DNA of 25,784 nucleotides, taken from IMG/VR virus record IMGVR_UViG_2882072473_000006; one strand, written 5' to 3'. The position numbers were made by a program, and so were the translations under genes. A model generated the notes under the pieces. The model was given only the letters and a program-made list of their open reading frames with translations, did not search any database and was not told the origin of the DNA. Within the stretch, counting starts at the first letter, position 1. Each line of letters opens with the position of its first letter. Of this stretch, positions 9,801 to 18,730 are shown one piece after another. The stretch is from an uncultured virus (IMG/VR IMGVR_UViG_2882072473_000006) (Duplodnaviria; Heunggongvirae; Uroviricota; Caudoviricetes).

Positions 9801-12800
9801 TGACCTTGGGAAATTTTCCGAGGGCATCATCCCCTTCGGCGAAGCGATGAAAGCCTACGGCGAGTCGGTGGCCGGCATCGACTCCAGCGCGGTAGAGGCC
9901 TCTGCCACTGCCGCTCAATCCCTGGCAGAGCTCCAGGCGGCCCTTCCCCAGGTGGGCGGGCTTATGGAGTTCTTTACCGGCGGCAATGACCTTGGGGTAT
10001 TCTCGGAGGGCATCGTGCCCTTTGGGGCCGCTATGAAGTCCTATGCCGAAGCGGTTTCCGGCATCAACGCCGACGCGGTCACGGCCTCCGCTGTGGCGGC
10101 CCAGGCGCTGGCACAGCTGCAAACCGACCTGCCCAATGTGAGCGGGGTCATGGCATTCTTCAACGGAGGCAACGACCTTGGAACCTTTGCCGCCGGCATC
10201 GTACCCTTCGGCGCGGCCATGAAGTCCTATGGGGACGCCGTGGCCGACATCAACACCGGAGCCATCACCGCCTCGGCCATTGCCGCCCAGTCTCTGGCGC
10301 GGCTGCAAGAGGCCCTTCCCCTGGTAGGCGGTGTGATGGAATTCTTCAACGGAAGCCAGGACCTGGCCGCTTTTGCGGCGGGCATCATCCCCTTCGGCGC
10401 GGCCATGAAATCCTACGGCGACGCTGTGGCGGATATTCGGCCGGAAGCGGTGGAAAGCTCCGCCTCCGCCGGAATGGCCCTGGTGGAGCTGGCAAAGGCC
10501 CTTCCCAACACGGGCGGCCTGCTGTCCTTCTTTACCGGAGGGACCGACCTGGCCGCCTTTGGCGATGACCTGACGCTGTTTGGCGCGGATCTTTCCGCCT
10601 ATGCGGAGGCCATCAGCAATGTGAAGGCGGACGCGGTGACGGCCTCGGCCAACGCAGCGGAAGCGCTCTCCAATCTCGCCTCCGGCCTGCCGGACAGCAG
10701 TCTGTTTGACAAGTGGTTCGGCGGAGACCAGACGCTGGCCTCCTTTGGCGGGGATATTTCCAAGTTCGGCGCGGCCATGAAGGACTATTACGGCCAAATC
10801 TCCGGCATCGACACCGGGCGGATGGCCGACGTGGTCGCACAGGTATGGAGCCTGCTGGAGCTGGCTGAGGGGGCCGCAGGGGTCAACACCAGCGGTCTGA
10901 CCGGCTTTGCCGACAGCATGAGGAAGATGGGAGACGCCGGCATCTCCGGCTTTACCAGCGCTTTCTACAACTGCGGCGACACGGTCAACAAAGCCGTGTC
11001 CAGTATGCTGTCCACCGTCAGCGGCGCCGTCCTCTCCAACCTCCCCGTGACAAACGGGGCCATGGAGACGGTGGTCCAGTCGCTGGCGAACATTGTGGAC
11101 GGGAAGGTCCCGGCCATCCGGACATCGACATCGGATATGATGCGGACCATGGAAGCATCCATCACGGCCCACTCCAGAACGGTGGGGGACGCGATGAGGA
11201 CGGTGCTCTCCACCGCCGTATCCAACATCAACCGCATGAAGCCGGAGTTCGAGACCGCCGGAAAGAACGCCGGGCAGGGCTTTATCAACGGCATCAACTC
11301 CAAGCTGGGCGGCGCAAGGTCCGCCGGCCGAAGCCTGGGCCTGGCCGCTCTGGAAGCGGCAAAGAAGGCGCTGGACAGCCACTCCCCCTCCCGGGAATTC
11401 ATCCATCTGGGCGAAAACGTGGGCGAGGGTCTGGCCATCGGCGTCAACAACAGCATCGTCCCTGCCGCACAGGCCGCCTCCGGCATGATCGACGAGGTGA
11501 TCGCCGTCAGCGAGAAGGGCGTCGATGCCTTTGAGGATTGGATCAACGAGAAGCAGTATTACGGCGAGCTGAGCCTGATGGACGAGCTGGCCGGATGGGA
11601 AAACCTCCAAAAGAAGTACAGGGCCGGCAGTGAGGAGCGGATGAAGATCGACCGGGAGGTCTATCGGGTTCAAAATGAACTGGTTTCCGCCACCTACCAG
11701 GCCTCCCTGGACTGGATCGAGGAGGAGAAGTATTACAAGCGCCTGAGCACCGAGGAGGAGCTGGCCGCCTATGAGCGGATGCAGGCCCGGTATCTGGAGG
11801 GCAGCAAGGAACGGATGGAGCTGGACCGGAAGGTCTTCACCCTCCGCAACCAGCTTGTGGACGAGTCCTATCAGAACTCCATGGACTGGATCGAGGAGGA
11901 AAAGTATTACAACCGTCTGAGCCTGGCCGACGAGCTGGCCGCCTACAAGCGGGTCCAGAGCCGGTACGCCAAGGGCACCGAGGAGCGGAAGAAGCTGGAC
12001 CGGGAGGTCTACCGGCTGGAGCAGGAAATCTACGAGGCCCAGCAGCAGTACATCGCCGACGTGCAGAGCGTTCAGGAGTCTGCCAACCAGCGGCGCATCC
12101 AGCTGGAGGAGGCCTATGCCAACAAGGTCAAGTCCATCAACGAGCAGCTGGAACGGGACATCGAATCCCTGAACCAGCAGTATCAGGACGCGGTGGAGTC
12201 CCGGACCAAGAGCCTGTACCAGTCCTACGGCCTCTTTGACGAGGTCGCGAAGAAGGAAGCGGTCAGCAGTGAAACGCTGATGCAGAATCTGGAGGGTCAG
12301 GTCCAGGAGTTTGGCGAGTGGCAGGATATTCTGGGTCAGCTCTCCGCCAGGGGCGTTGACTCGGACCTGATCGCGGAGCTTCAGGAGATGGGGCCCTCTG
12401 CCATCGAAGAGATCCGGGCGCTGAACTCCATGAGCGATGACGAGCTGGAGAAGTATGTCTCCCTCTGGTCCATCAAGCACGCCCAGGCCCGTGACCAGGC
12501 GACCTCGGAACTGGAGGGGCTTCGGGTGGAGACCCAGGAGCAGATCGCGCAGCTCCGGGCGGACGCGGCGGTGGAGCTGGAGGAGTACCGGCTGACCTGG
12601 CAGAGCGAAATGGCCCAGCTGGAGGAGGATACCAGCCGTCAGCTGGCCTCCCTCCGGCAGGAATTCTCGGAAAATGTGGGCCTGATCAAGCGGGACACGG
12701 AAGCCAAGATGACGGAAATGACCGAGGCGGCCCGGAAAATCCTGTCGGAAGCCGGGTGGACGGAGACGGGGCAGCAAATTCCCGCCGGCCTCGCCCAGGG

Positions 12801-13407
12801 CGTGGCCCAGTCCAAATCCACCTTTATCGACGAGCTGACCAGCATGGCGCTGGCGGGCGTGGAGGCGGTGAAGAGCACGCTGGAGATCAACTCTCCCTCC
12901 CGGGTCTTCCGGGAGCTGGGGTCCTTCACCGGCCTTGGCTTTGTCAGCGGACTGGCCGGCTATGCCGAAAGGTCCTTTGCCGCCGGCGCAGACATGGCGG
13001 ACTCCGCCGTGGACGGCCTTTCCGGCGCCATTGCCGGACTCCCCGACCTGCTGAGCGGCGAGGCGGAGATGCGGCCCACCATACGCCCGGTGCTGGACCT
13101 GTCTGACCTCACCGGGGCCTCGACCCAGATCGACAGCCTGTTCTACCCCCTGCGGTCCATCCGCCTGGCGGGACAGGCCAGCCTGGCGTTCCAAAACGCC
13201 TCCGGGGAGAACCGGATGCCGGTCAAGGTAGACAACGACGACATCATTGAGGAGCTTCGCACCCTGCGCAGTGAAATGGCAGAGATGACGGAGCGCATGG
13301 AGCGGATGCGGGTCGTGCTGGACACCGGCACTCTGGTCGGTGAGATGGCGGGACCCATGGACAACGCCCTTGGACAGAGGGCGACACGGAGAGGAAGGGG
13401 GAACTGA
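3880..13407 (+). CDS. Phage tail tape measure protein (3175 aa)
   Basis: The N-terminal tape-measure domain has YADKTIYNFTEM, AMYQLSQALAAGKV, DWNSVVNA and GEWLTTE. There are long Ala/Gly-rich hydrophobic repeat tracts and two C-terminal SPS motifs (HSPSREF, INSPSRVF). The gene lies directly upstream of Dit/Tal-like genes. Confidence 0.95.
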   Translation: MSRTIDERIVEMRFDNRQFEQNVQTSLSTLDKLKRGLDLDNAAKSLDGLGDAAKRCDMSVLGKSVETVQAKFSAFQVVAMTTLSNITNSAVNTGKRLVSALTIDPIKTGFQEYETQIGAVQTILANTQHEGTNLQQVNRALDELNTYADKTIYNFTEMTRNIGTFTAAGANLRTSVDSIKGIANLAAISGSTSQQASTAMYQLSQALAAGKVSLMDWNSVVNAGMGGKVFQDALVRTSELLGTGAQNAINMYGSFRESLTRGEWLTTEVLTETLKQFAGAYSEADLIQQGFSEAQARDIAQMAKTAEDAATKVKTFTQLWDTLKESAQSGWTTTWEILVGDFEEAKEVLTEVSDAIGGVISETSQARNELLSGGLSSGWKQLLDQGIADEGGFIESIQEVARESGDAFDKLVADSESFSDALKQGLTDGVVSSETLTQAVHNLREKMTGMSQEERKAAGYTAEMIEQIEALDKGLQNGSVSMEEFTEKILRPSGRENLIQAVWNAAKGLVSVITPIKDAFREIFPPATADQLYSLTETLRSFSEWLTLSEETADKLGRTFKGLFSVLDLVRQGALAIFNALAPLGSGAGSLADGILTITAGIGDFLVGINEAAKQGEFFGTVAQTVASALEFVVSGIERLTGFLADAFAAPGLESFQALLGRIQTRIGQVIDVVSGLGGGVSDAADTMDSALENSKFLQMLQTIFNGAKTLVSGIIGVFGGLAGALVESLSNANFSGVIDLLNGVSLGAIALGIKKFLDSFREVTDSVGSIKEGVIGILDGVKGCFQAWQNDVNAKALLKIAAAVAVLSASILTISLIDSEKLTASLGAITVLFTELMAAMAVFGKLDLNVRGTMKRSTAMIALSSSVLILASALKSIATLEPEQMAAGLAGIAGLMAALVAAAKVLGSGSSSIIKGSAQMVVFAAAIKILASACADLAQLDLAGLAKGLIGVGVLLAEVSLFMNAAKFSGRSVVTASGVLVLAGAMKVLASACKDFAQMGVGELVKGLSAIGAVLLEITAFTKLAGSAKGLITTGAAMIEIGAAMKIFASAMADFGRMSLAEIGKGLLAMGGALAEVAVAMRFMPRNMVTMGAGLIAVGAALNIIADAMRSMGGMSWEAVAKSLVTMGGALVELAVGLNFMNGTLGGSAAMLVAAAALAVLTPVLVTLGSMSWEAIAKGLVTVAGAFAVIGTAGALLTPLLPTILGLGGAFALIGVGVAGVGAGLLLVGTGLSAIAVGITALATSLGAGVAIIVAGLTSIITGIAALIPAIAEKLGEAVVAFAQVITNGAPAIGEAVKTLVLTMVDVLVECVPAIAEGALELVAGVLDALVAYTPQIVDSIMQFLIAVIDGLARNMPTLIQSVVDLLMSFFSGIVSALGSIDTDALLKGIAGIGLLSGIMVALGALAGLIPSAMVGVLGLGVVIAELAIVLAAVGALAQIPGLEWLISEGGQLLQTIGNAIGGFIGGIVGGFMSGVSGSFPQIGMDLAAFMTNIQPFIDGARGIDPAMLEGVKALTGAIMLITAADLLEGLTSWLTGGSSLSTFAEELVPFGEAMKKFSHSITGLDGDLVSTAAIAGKTLAEMAAILPNSGGIAGFFAGENDMGTFGDQLVGFGGSMMKFAASIKGLDTDAVQNAAIAGKAMAELAATLPNTGGAVGFFAGNNDMDDFGEQLVPFGAAIKAYSDAVKGLDVEAVTNSAIAGQAMSELAATLPNTGGAIAFFAGDNDLATFGEQLVSFGASIKSYAQEVTGLDTDAVASSAVAGQTLVELANTLPNTGGLVAFFTGDNDLETFGEQLVPFGEAMKAYSDSVTGMDSAAVTASATAAKALAELQASLPNIGGVVDFFTGGNDLETFANGLLPFGEGMKAYADAVSGMDAGAVSASIIAAQALAELQASLPHVGGVMNFFTGGNDLGLFAEGILSFGEAMNSYGNAVSGIDAGAVSASATAAQALSRLQASLPNVGGIMEFFTGGNDLGKFSEGIIPFGEAMKAYGESVAGIDSSAVEASATAAQSLAELQAALPQVGGLMEFFTGGNDLGVFSEGIVPFGAAMKSYAEAVSGINADAVTASAVAAQALAQLQTDLPNVSGVMAFFNGGNDLGTFAAGIVPFGAAMKSYGDAVADINTGAITASAIAAQSLARLQEALPLVGGVMEFFNGSQDLAAFAAGIIPFGAAMKSYGDAVADIRPEAVESSASAGMALVELAKALPNTGGLLSFFTGGTDLAAFGDDLTLFGADLSAYAEAISNVKADAVTASANAAEALSNLASGLPDSSLFDKWFGGDQTLASFGGDISKFGAAMKDYYGQISGIDTGRMADVVAQVWSLLELAEGAAGVNTSGLTGFADSMRKMGDAGISGFTSAFYNCGDTVNKAVSSMLSTVSGAVLSNLPVTNGAMETVVQSLANIVDGKVPAIRTSTSDMMRTMEASITAHSRTVGDAMRTVLSTAVSNINRMKPEFETAGKNAGQGFINGINSKLGGARSAGRSLGLAALEAAKKALDSHSPSREFIHLGENVGEGLAIGVNNSIVPAAQAASGMIDEVIAVSEKGVDAFEDWINEKQYYGELSLMDELAGWENLQKKYRAGSEERMKIDREVYRVQNELVSATYQASLDWIEEEKYYKRLSTEEELAAYERMQARYLEGSKERMELDRKVFTLRNQLVDESYQNSMDWIEEEKYYNRLSLADELAAYKRVQSRYAKGTEERKKLDREVYRLEQEIYEAQQQYIADVQSVQESANQRRIQLEEAYANKVKSINEQLERDIESLNQQYQDAVESRTKSLYQSYGLFDEVAKKEAVSSETLMQNLEGQVQEFGEWQDILGQLSARGVDSDLIAELQEMGPSAIEEIRALNSMSDDELEKYVSLWSIKHAQARDQATSELEGLRVETQEQIAQLRADAAVELEEYRLTWQSEMAQLEEDTSRQLASLRQEFSENVGLIKRDTEAKMTEMTEAARKILSEAGWTETGQQIPAGLAQGVAQSKSTFIDELTSMALAGVEAVKSTLEINSPSRVFRELGSFTGLGFVSGLAGYAERSFAAGADMADSAVDGLSGAIAGLPDLLSGEAEMRPTIRPVLDLSDLTGASTQIDSLFYPLRSIRLAGQASLAFQNASGENRMPVKVDNDDIIEELRTLRSEMAEMTERMERMRVVLDTGTLVGEMAGPMDNALGQRATRRGRGN
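8525..10900 (+). repeat. About 13 tandem 186-bp (62-aa) repeats within the tape measure gene
   Basis: The FG.AMK anchor recurs at 8532, 8718, 8904, 9090, 9276, 9462, 9648, 9834, 10020, 10206, 10392, 10578 and 10764, an exact 186-bp spacing. The consensus is roughly PFGEAMKAY.DAV.GID..AV.ASA.AAQALAELQ..LPN.GG...FFTGGNDL..F. Array ends are approximate. Confidence 0.92.
11536..12057 (+). repeat. Three tandem 174-bp (58-aa) charged repeats within the tape measure gene
   Basis: DWI(N/E)E(K/E)..YY..LS...EL...DR.V starts at 11536, 11710 and 11884. Confidence 0.85.
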
Positions 13408-13410
13408 GCC

Positions 13411-14172
13411 GTGTATCATTCCATCACCATTGGCGGGAAAAACACCTGGGATGACTGGCGGCTGGTCCCCGCCTCCCGGCCCGTGTTCAATCCGCCGGCC
13501 CAGAAGGTGAAGACGCTGGAAATCCCCGGCGGGGATGGGGTCATCGACTTGTCCCAATCCCTGACCGGGTATCCGGTGTACCAAAACCGGACGGGCTCTA
13601 TCGAGTTTATCGTGATGAACGACTTCAAGCCCTGGCACATGGCCTATTCCGACATCATGGACTATCTGCACGGGCAGAAGCTGCGGGCAGTGCTGGAGGA
13701 TGACCCGGAGTATTTTTACGAGGGGCGGTTCACCGTCAACGTCTGGAAGTCGGAGAAGGACTGGTCGCGCATCACCATCGACTATGACGTGGGGCCCTAC
13801 AAGTGGTCAGTCCTGTCCTCCACGGACGACTGGCTGTGGGACCCCTTCAACTTTCAAAATGGCGTCATCCGCCCCGCCGTGTTCAAGGACATCGCGGTGA
13901 CGACGGAGGTCCGGGCGGTGAAGCTGGCGGCGCTGCTGTTCGGGCGGGCCCCGGTGTGCCCCGTGTTCCGGGTGAGCAGCTCGGATAAGCGGGGAGTACA
14001 CATCCGCTTTATCAACCCCACGCTGGGACTGGACGAGACCAAGCTCCTCCCCGACGGGGTCATCCAGTTCCCGGAGTTTGTGTTCTTCGGCGACCTGGGC
14101 GCCACGCTGGAGCTGTGGTGCGACACGGGAACGGGGTCCGTCTCCGTGGACTTCAGACAGGGGAGGTTGTGA
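13411..14172 (+). CDS. Distal tail protein (Dit)-like (253 aa)
   Basis: Immediately follows the tape measure gene. Motifs LEIPGGDGVIDLS, YQNRTGSIEF, LHGQK...DDPEYFYEGR and GPYK are typical of siphophage Dit proteins. Confidence 0.8.
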   Translation: MYHSITIGGKNTWDDWRLVPASRPVFNPPAQKVKTLEIPGGDGVIDLSQSLTGYPVYQNRTGSIEFIVMNDFKPWHMAYSDIMDYLHGQKLRAVLEDDPEYFYEGRFTVNVWKSEKDWSRITIDYDVGPYKWSVLSSTDDWLWDPFNFQNGVIRPAVFKDIAVTTEVRAVKLAALLFGRAPVCPVFRVSSSDKRGVHIRFINPTLGLDETKLLPDGVIQFPEFVFFGDLGATLELWCDTGTGSVSVDFRQGRL

Positions 14173-14175
14173 CCC

Positions 14176-16449
14176 ATGTATAGCATTTATGCAGACGGCA
14201 TGTGCATTTACAACGACGTCTTTTCCCTGGACAACATGAAGGTGGTCAACCCCAAGCTGACTCTGGAGGACAGCGCCGCCGGGTCTCTGGAGATGACCCT
14301 TCCGCCCACCAACGCGGCCTACGACACCATCGTCCGCATGGTCACAGATATTTCCGTGAAGAAGAACGGGGAAGAAATCTGGGCGGGACGGGCCCTGTCG
14401 GAGAGCCGGGACTTCTGGAACAACCGGGTGCTCTACTGCGAGGGGGAGCTGGCCTTCTTCAACGACTCGGTCCAGCCGCCGGCGGAGTATGCCGGGAAAT
14501 CGGTCCGGGAGTACCTCGACCAGCTCATCGCCGTCCACAACGGGCAGGTGGGTGAGAACCGCCGGTTCGCCATCGGGGCGGTGACGGTGGTGGACGAGGC
14601 CTTCCCCACCTATTACACCAACTATGGCAAGACCCTGGAGTCACTCAACGCCCTGGTGGAAGCCTATGGCGGCCATCTCCGGGTGCGCAAGGCGGACGGG
14701 GTGCGGTATCTGGACTATCTGAAGGACTACCCGGACACATGCAGCCAGGTGATCCAGTTCGGGTCCAACCTGCTGGACTTTGTCCGGAACTGGGACTCCG
14801 CCGAGTACGCCACGGCCATCGTCCCTCTGGGAAACCGGCTGGACGACAGTCCCATCGAGGCGCTGGACGCCTATCTGACGGTGGAGAGCGTGAACGGCGG
14901 AAGCCTGTACGTCCAATCGGACGAGGCAGTGGCGAGCCATGGCTGGATCGCGAAGACGGTGAACTGGGACGATGTGAGCGACCCCCAGGTGCTGCTGGAG
15001 AAGGCCAGGGAGTATCTGGCGGACCTTCAGTTTGACAACCTGGAGCTGGAGCTTTCCGCCCTGGACCTGCACTATCTGGACGTGGAGACCGAGGCGGTGA
15101 AGCTGCTGGACGAGATCCGGGTCATCTCCCGCCCCCACGGGCTGGACCGGCTCTTCCCGGTGACCAGGCTGGAGATCCCGCTGGATGCCCCGGAGAACAC
15201 CCAGTTCAAAATGGGGGATTCGGTACAGGTGAGCCTTACCAGCGTGAGCAACCAGACCAACGCCGCCGTGCTGGACAAGATCGAAAATCTCCCCAAGGCC
15301 CACAACATCCTCAAGGAGGCCCAGGAGAACGCCACCCACATCATGAACATGGCCACCACGGGCTACATCACCATCACGAGGGACGAGCACGGCTCGGACA
15401 CCCTCTATATTTCCAACGTCCGGGACTACACCAAGGCTGACAAGCTCTGGAAGTGGAACATGAACGGCCTGGGCTACTCCAACGACGGGGGAAAGACCTT
15501 CGGGCTGGCCATCACCATGGACGGGGCCATCGTGGCCGACTACATCACAGCGGGGGTGCTGAACGGCAACGTGCTCCGGGTGGGCGTCATCCGGGACTAC
15601 AACTCCAACGTGATCCTGGACCTGGACAAGGGCACCCTGACCATGAAGAAGGGCTCCATCAACATCGGAAACGGAAACTTCACCGTGGACGAGCAGGGCA
15701 ACCTCTACGCACGGCGGGGCACCTTCGCGGGGACGCTGGCAGGAGCCAAGGGGACCTTCGGCGGCACAGTGCAGGCGGAGGACTTTTTGGACAAGTACGG
15801 CAACAGCATGATGGACCTGGCCAAAGAGAAGTTTACCGCCGGATATCTGGACCTGTACGGCCTGACCGTCACCAACAAGAACACCGGGGCGGTCACCTTC
15901 GCCGTGGGGCCGACGGGCCTTATTACCATCAACGGCCAGGTGACCATGGGGGCCGGGAGCACCATCAATTGGGCCCAGGTGAGCAATCAGAACATTCAAT
16001 CCAATCCGGCGTATTCTATGGCCAATCAAGCTTACAACCTGGCGGATGAAGCCTATGATTATGCCGATACCGCGTATTCCAGGGCCGAACGGGCTTATAA
16101 GTTGGCTAATTCCATTGAGATGCCGGGGTACATCAAGAGCACCTACATCGACCAGACCACGATCCGTTCCCCGGTCATCGAGGGCGGAGAGTTCTACGGC
16201 GAGGAATTCAACATCATCGCCGGGGGCGACTTCGGAAGCTTCAACCTCTACGGTCCTTTCGGGAGCAGCCGTTACCACATGCTGGCCATCGAATATTTCG
16301 AGGGTAACGCCCCTCTCATCAACATTTACAGCCCCTGCGGCGGATACATCACCATTGGCCAGAGCCGCAACGGGATCGTCTACTTCAAGGGGGTCGTGGA
16401 TTTCAGCGCCGCAGACGTCCAAGGTCTGGATTTAGGAACAGGAGCATGA
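14176..16449 (+). CDS. Tail-associated hub/spike protein (Tal-like, 757 aa)
   Basis: Follows Dit. The N-terminus has prophage-tail-like motifs (IQFGSNLLDF, TAIVPLG), the middle has WKWNMNGLGYS...AITMDGAIVADYITAG, and the C-terminus has beta-rich Gly repeats. Confidence 0.75.
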   Translation: MYSIYADGMCIYNDVFSLDNMKVVNPKLTLEDSAAGSLEMTLPPTNAAYDTIVRMVTDISVKKNGEEIWAGRALSESRDFWNNRVLYCEGELAFFNDSVQPPAEYAGKSVREYLDQLIAVHNGQVGENRRFAIGAVTVVDEAFPTYYTNYGKTLESLNALVEAYGGHLRVRKADGVRYLDYLKDYPDTCSQVIQFGSNLLDFVRNWDSAEYATAIVPLGNRLDDSPIEALDAYLTVESVNGGSLYVQSDEAVASHGWIAKTVNWDDVSDPQVLLEKAREYLADLQFDNLELELSALDLHYLDVETEAVKLLDEIRVISRPHGLDRLFPVTRLEIPLDAPENTQFKMGDSVQVSLTSVSNQTNAAVLDKIENLPKAHNILKEAQENATHIMNMATTGYITITRDEHGSDTLYISNVRDYTKADKLWKWNMNGLGYSNDGGKTFGLAITMDGAIVADYITAGVLNGNVLRVGVIRDYNSNVILDLDKGTLTMKKGSINIGNGNFTVDEQGNLYARRGTFAGTLAGAKGTFGGTVQAEDFLDKYGNSMMDLAKEKFTAGYLDLYGLTVTNKNTGAVTFAVGPTGLITINGQVTMGAGSTINWAQVSNQNIQSNPAYSMANQAYNLADEAYDYADTAYSRAERAYKLANSIEMPGYIKSTYIDQTTIRSPVIEGGEFYGEEFNIIAGGDFGSFNLYGPFGSSRYHMLAIEYFEGNAPLINIYSPCGGYITIGQSRNGIVYFKGVVDFSAADVQGLDLGTGA
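16009..16113 (+). repeat. Five 7-aa heptad repeats in the Tal-like protein (coiled-coil stalk)
   Basis: AYSMANQ AYNLADE AYDYADT AYSRAER AYKLANS. Confidence 0.8.
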
Positions 16450-16456
16450 CACAGCC

Positions 16457-16828
16457 ATGAAGAAAATGTTAAAAAATTCCGAAGTGTTTGAGCGGCTCCA
16501 CTCGCTCAAGCCACTGCTGTCCCGGCGGGATCGGATCGGTTACATCGCCGCCCGGAACTACCGCTTTCTCTCCAACTCCCTGGTGGAATATGAGACCATC
16601 CGCCTCAGCCTGATCGAGAAGTACGGAGAGGAAGGGAAGGATGAACGGGGACAGCCCACCTTTGTCCTCAAAATGGAGTCCCCCAATTTCAAGACGTTCT
16701 GTGACGAGCTGGCTCCCTTCAACGAGATGACCCATGAGGTGGAGCTGATGACCGCCAAGTACAGCGAAGCGGAGGGGAACCTGACGGGGGAGGAAATTTT
16801 GGCCATCGACTGGATGCTGGAAGATTAG
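16457..16828 (+). CDS. Hypothetical phage protein (123 aa)
   Basis: Fills the gap between neighbouring genes with the operon's codon usage and an AGGAG upstream. No family was recognised. Confidence 0.7.
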   Translation: MKKMLKNSEVFERLHSLKPLLSRRDRIGYIAARNYRFLSNSLVEYETIRLSLIEKYGEEGKDERGQPTFVLKMESPNFKTFCDELAPFNEMTHEVELMTAKYSEAEGNLTGEEILAIDWMLED

Positions 16829-16841
16829 GAGGTGGTCCGAT

Positions 16842-18149
16842 TTGGCCGACATCAGCAGTTTTTTGAAGAAGATTTTGGAGGCGATCTACGGTGAGGAGGT
16901 GCGGGGTTCCATCCACGACGCCCTTGCCGCCATGAATAAGGAGTCCTCCAGCGCGATGGAGTTTGCGGCTACGGCCAAGGACTCTGCCGCCGCCTCCGCG
17001 GAAAAAGCCAAGAACGAGGCGGACACCGCCGGGCAGAAGGCGGCTGAAGCCCTGGACTCCGCCGGGAAAGCCGCCCAGTCTGAAACCAACGCCAAAGCCT
17101 CGGAGACTGCGGCGGAGGGGTACGCGGACCTCGCCGTTGACGCAGCGGAACGGGCCGGAACCTCGGAGGAGAACGCCAAGGCCTCGGAGCAGACGGCTCT
17201 GCAACAGGCCAGAGAGGCGGAGGAGTCCAAGAACGCCGCTGCTCTCAGCGAGGCCGAAGCCAAGGCGGCAGAAGAGCGGGCTAAGGAGGTCCGCAATCAG
17301 GTGGAGACCCTGGGTGCCCAAGCCACGGCAGACGCCGCAGCGGCTCAGGAAGCCAGGACCGCCACAGAGGCGGCGCGGGACGCGGCCAAGGTTAGTGAAA
17401 CCAACGCAAAGGCCTCGGAGACCAAGGCGGAAGACGCCAAAGCGGGCGCGGAAGCGGCGAAGGAAGCCGCCCTGTCCGCCCAGGAGAGCGCCGAGGAGGA
17501 CGCCCTGACCGCCGCCCAGTCCAAGGAGGACGCAGAAGCGGCCAGGACAGCCGCAGAACAGGCCAAGACCGACGCCCTTGACAGCGCCGCAGAGGCCGCC
17601 GGAAGCGCCGCCAAAGCGGAGCAGTACAGCGGCAAGCCGCCCAAGCCTCAAAATGGAACCTGGTGGATCTGGGACGCGGAAACAGGGGCCTATTACGACA
17701 GCCAAATCAGCTGTGAGCTGCAAGGCCCCATCGGCGTGGGCATCCAGGACATCCGGCTGACCAAGGGCGACCACTCGCCGGGCACCACGGATATTTACAC
17801 GGTGCATATGACAGACGGGTCTACCTACACCATTTCGGTCTACAACGGCCTGAACGGTACGGGCGCCGGCGACGTATTGGGTATCTCCTTCGACCTGGTC
17901 ATCCCCGCCGAGGGGTGGTCGGAGGGGAGCGTCACCATTGCGGACGAGCGGCTTTTGGCCCTGGGCACCCACAAGTATTTCCTCAGCGCGGACGAAGCCT
18001 GTAAGGAGGAGTTCCTTGACTGCAATGTGCAGCCCAAGAACATCACCACCTCGGGCTTTCTCACCCTGACCTGCGACACAGAGCCGGCGGCGGACCTGAC
18101 GGTCAACCTGATTCGGCTGGAGCTGTCGGGGAACGGGGCCATTCAGTGA
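16842..18149 (+). CDS. Tail fibre-like protein with Ala/Glu-rich coiled-coil stalk (435 aa)
   Basis: AGGAGGT RBS with TTG start. The N-terminus reads AIYGEEVRGSIHDAL, and SETNAKASE-type repeats run from about 16960 to 17630, as in side-tail-fibre stalks. A NGTWWIWD motif and a globular C-terminal domain follow. Confidence 0.7.
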   Translation: MADISSFLKKILEAIYGEEVRGSIHDALAAMNKESSSAMEFAATAKDSAAASAEKAKNEADTAGQKAAEALDSAGKAAQSETNAKASETAAEGYADLAVDAAERAGTSEENAKASEQTALQQAREAEESKNAAALSEAEAKAAEERAKEVRNQVETLGAQATADAAAAQEARTATEAARDAAKVSETNAKASETKAEDAKAGAEAAKEAALSAQESAEEDALTAAQSKEDAEAARTAAEQAKTDALDSAAEAAGSAAKAEQYSGKPPKPQNGTWWIWDAETGAYYDSQISCELQGPIGVGIQDIRLTKGDHSPGTTDIYTVHMTDGSTYTISVYNGLNGTGAGDVLGISFDLVIPAEGWSEGSVTIADERLLALGTHKYFLSADEACKEEFLDCNVQPKNITTSGFLTLTCDTEPAADLTVNLIRLELSGNGAIQ

Positions 18150-18166
18150 GCAAGGAGGCGAAGCCC

Positions 18167-18703
18167 ATGGAGATCGCAGTGAAAGCAACCTATGCCCATC
18201 TGGTCAAGGACGAGAGTTTGGTACAGAACTCCGACAAGCTTTATATTGTGGAGTTCCACTTTGATCAGAGTTGGGATGGTTATGCCAAATCGGCTGTCTT
18301 TGAAGCCGGCGGCGTACAGCAGCCGCCTGTGGCGTTGACGGATGACCGATGCATTATTCCGGCCGAGTGTTTGAAGCGGGCCGGAATCAATCTAAAAATC
18401 GGAGTTTCCGGCATTAAGGATGGGGTTCAGAAAGACACGGTATGGTGTCTGGCCAGCAAGATCATGTACGCGCTTGACCCCACGCAACTGATGCCGCCCA
18501 CCCACATCGACGGAGACGTGAAGGCCCAGATCCTTGAGGTCATCCGGGAAAATACTGCTACAGATGCAGAGGTTCAGGAAGTCCTCGACAATGCATTCCA
18601 GTCCTCCTGGATACCTCCCGAAAATCCTGAGGCTCCGGACAATACCGCCACTAACGAAGAGGTGGAGTCAATTCTCGATGATGTTTTCGGCGAAGAGCCG
18701 TAA
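18167..18703 (+). CDS. BppU-like baseplate/fibre adaptor (178 aa from ATG 18167; alternative GTG start at 18146)
   Basis: AAGGAGG lies before ATG 18167. FHFDQSWDGYAKSAVF...CIIPAECL...LKIGVSG resembles BppU N-terminal domains. Confidence 0.55.
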   Translation: MEIAVKATYAHLVKDESLVQNSDKLYIVEFHFDQSWDGYAKSAVFEAGGVQQPPVALTDDRCIIPAECLKRAGINLKIGVSGIKDGVQKDTVWCLASKIMYALDPTQLMPPTHIDGDVKAQILEVIRENTATDAEVQEVLDNAFQSSWIPPENPEAPDNTATNEEVESILDDVFGEEP

Positions 18704-18730
18704 ACAAATATTTTTAAGGAGGACATATTT

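Noticed and set aside
8525..10900. Regular repeats as a CRISPR array
   Set aside because: They are in-frame, degenerate 186-bp coding repeats without a constant repeat and unique spacer structure, and no cas genes are present.
7576..13671. 2031-aa - strand ORF and other long antisense ORFs (5304..7826, 14641..16422, 20035..22932, 1392..2879)
   Set aside because: They mirror real + strand genes. Strong C/G third-position bias removes antisense stop codons, and the translations show no protein-like motifs.
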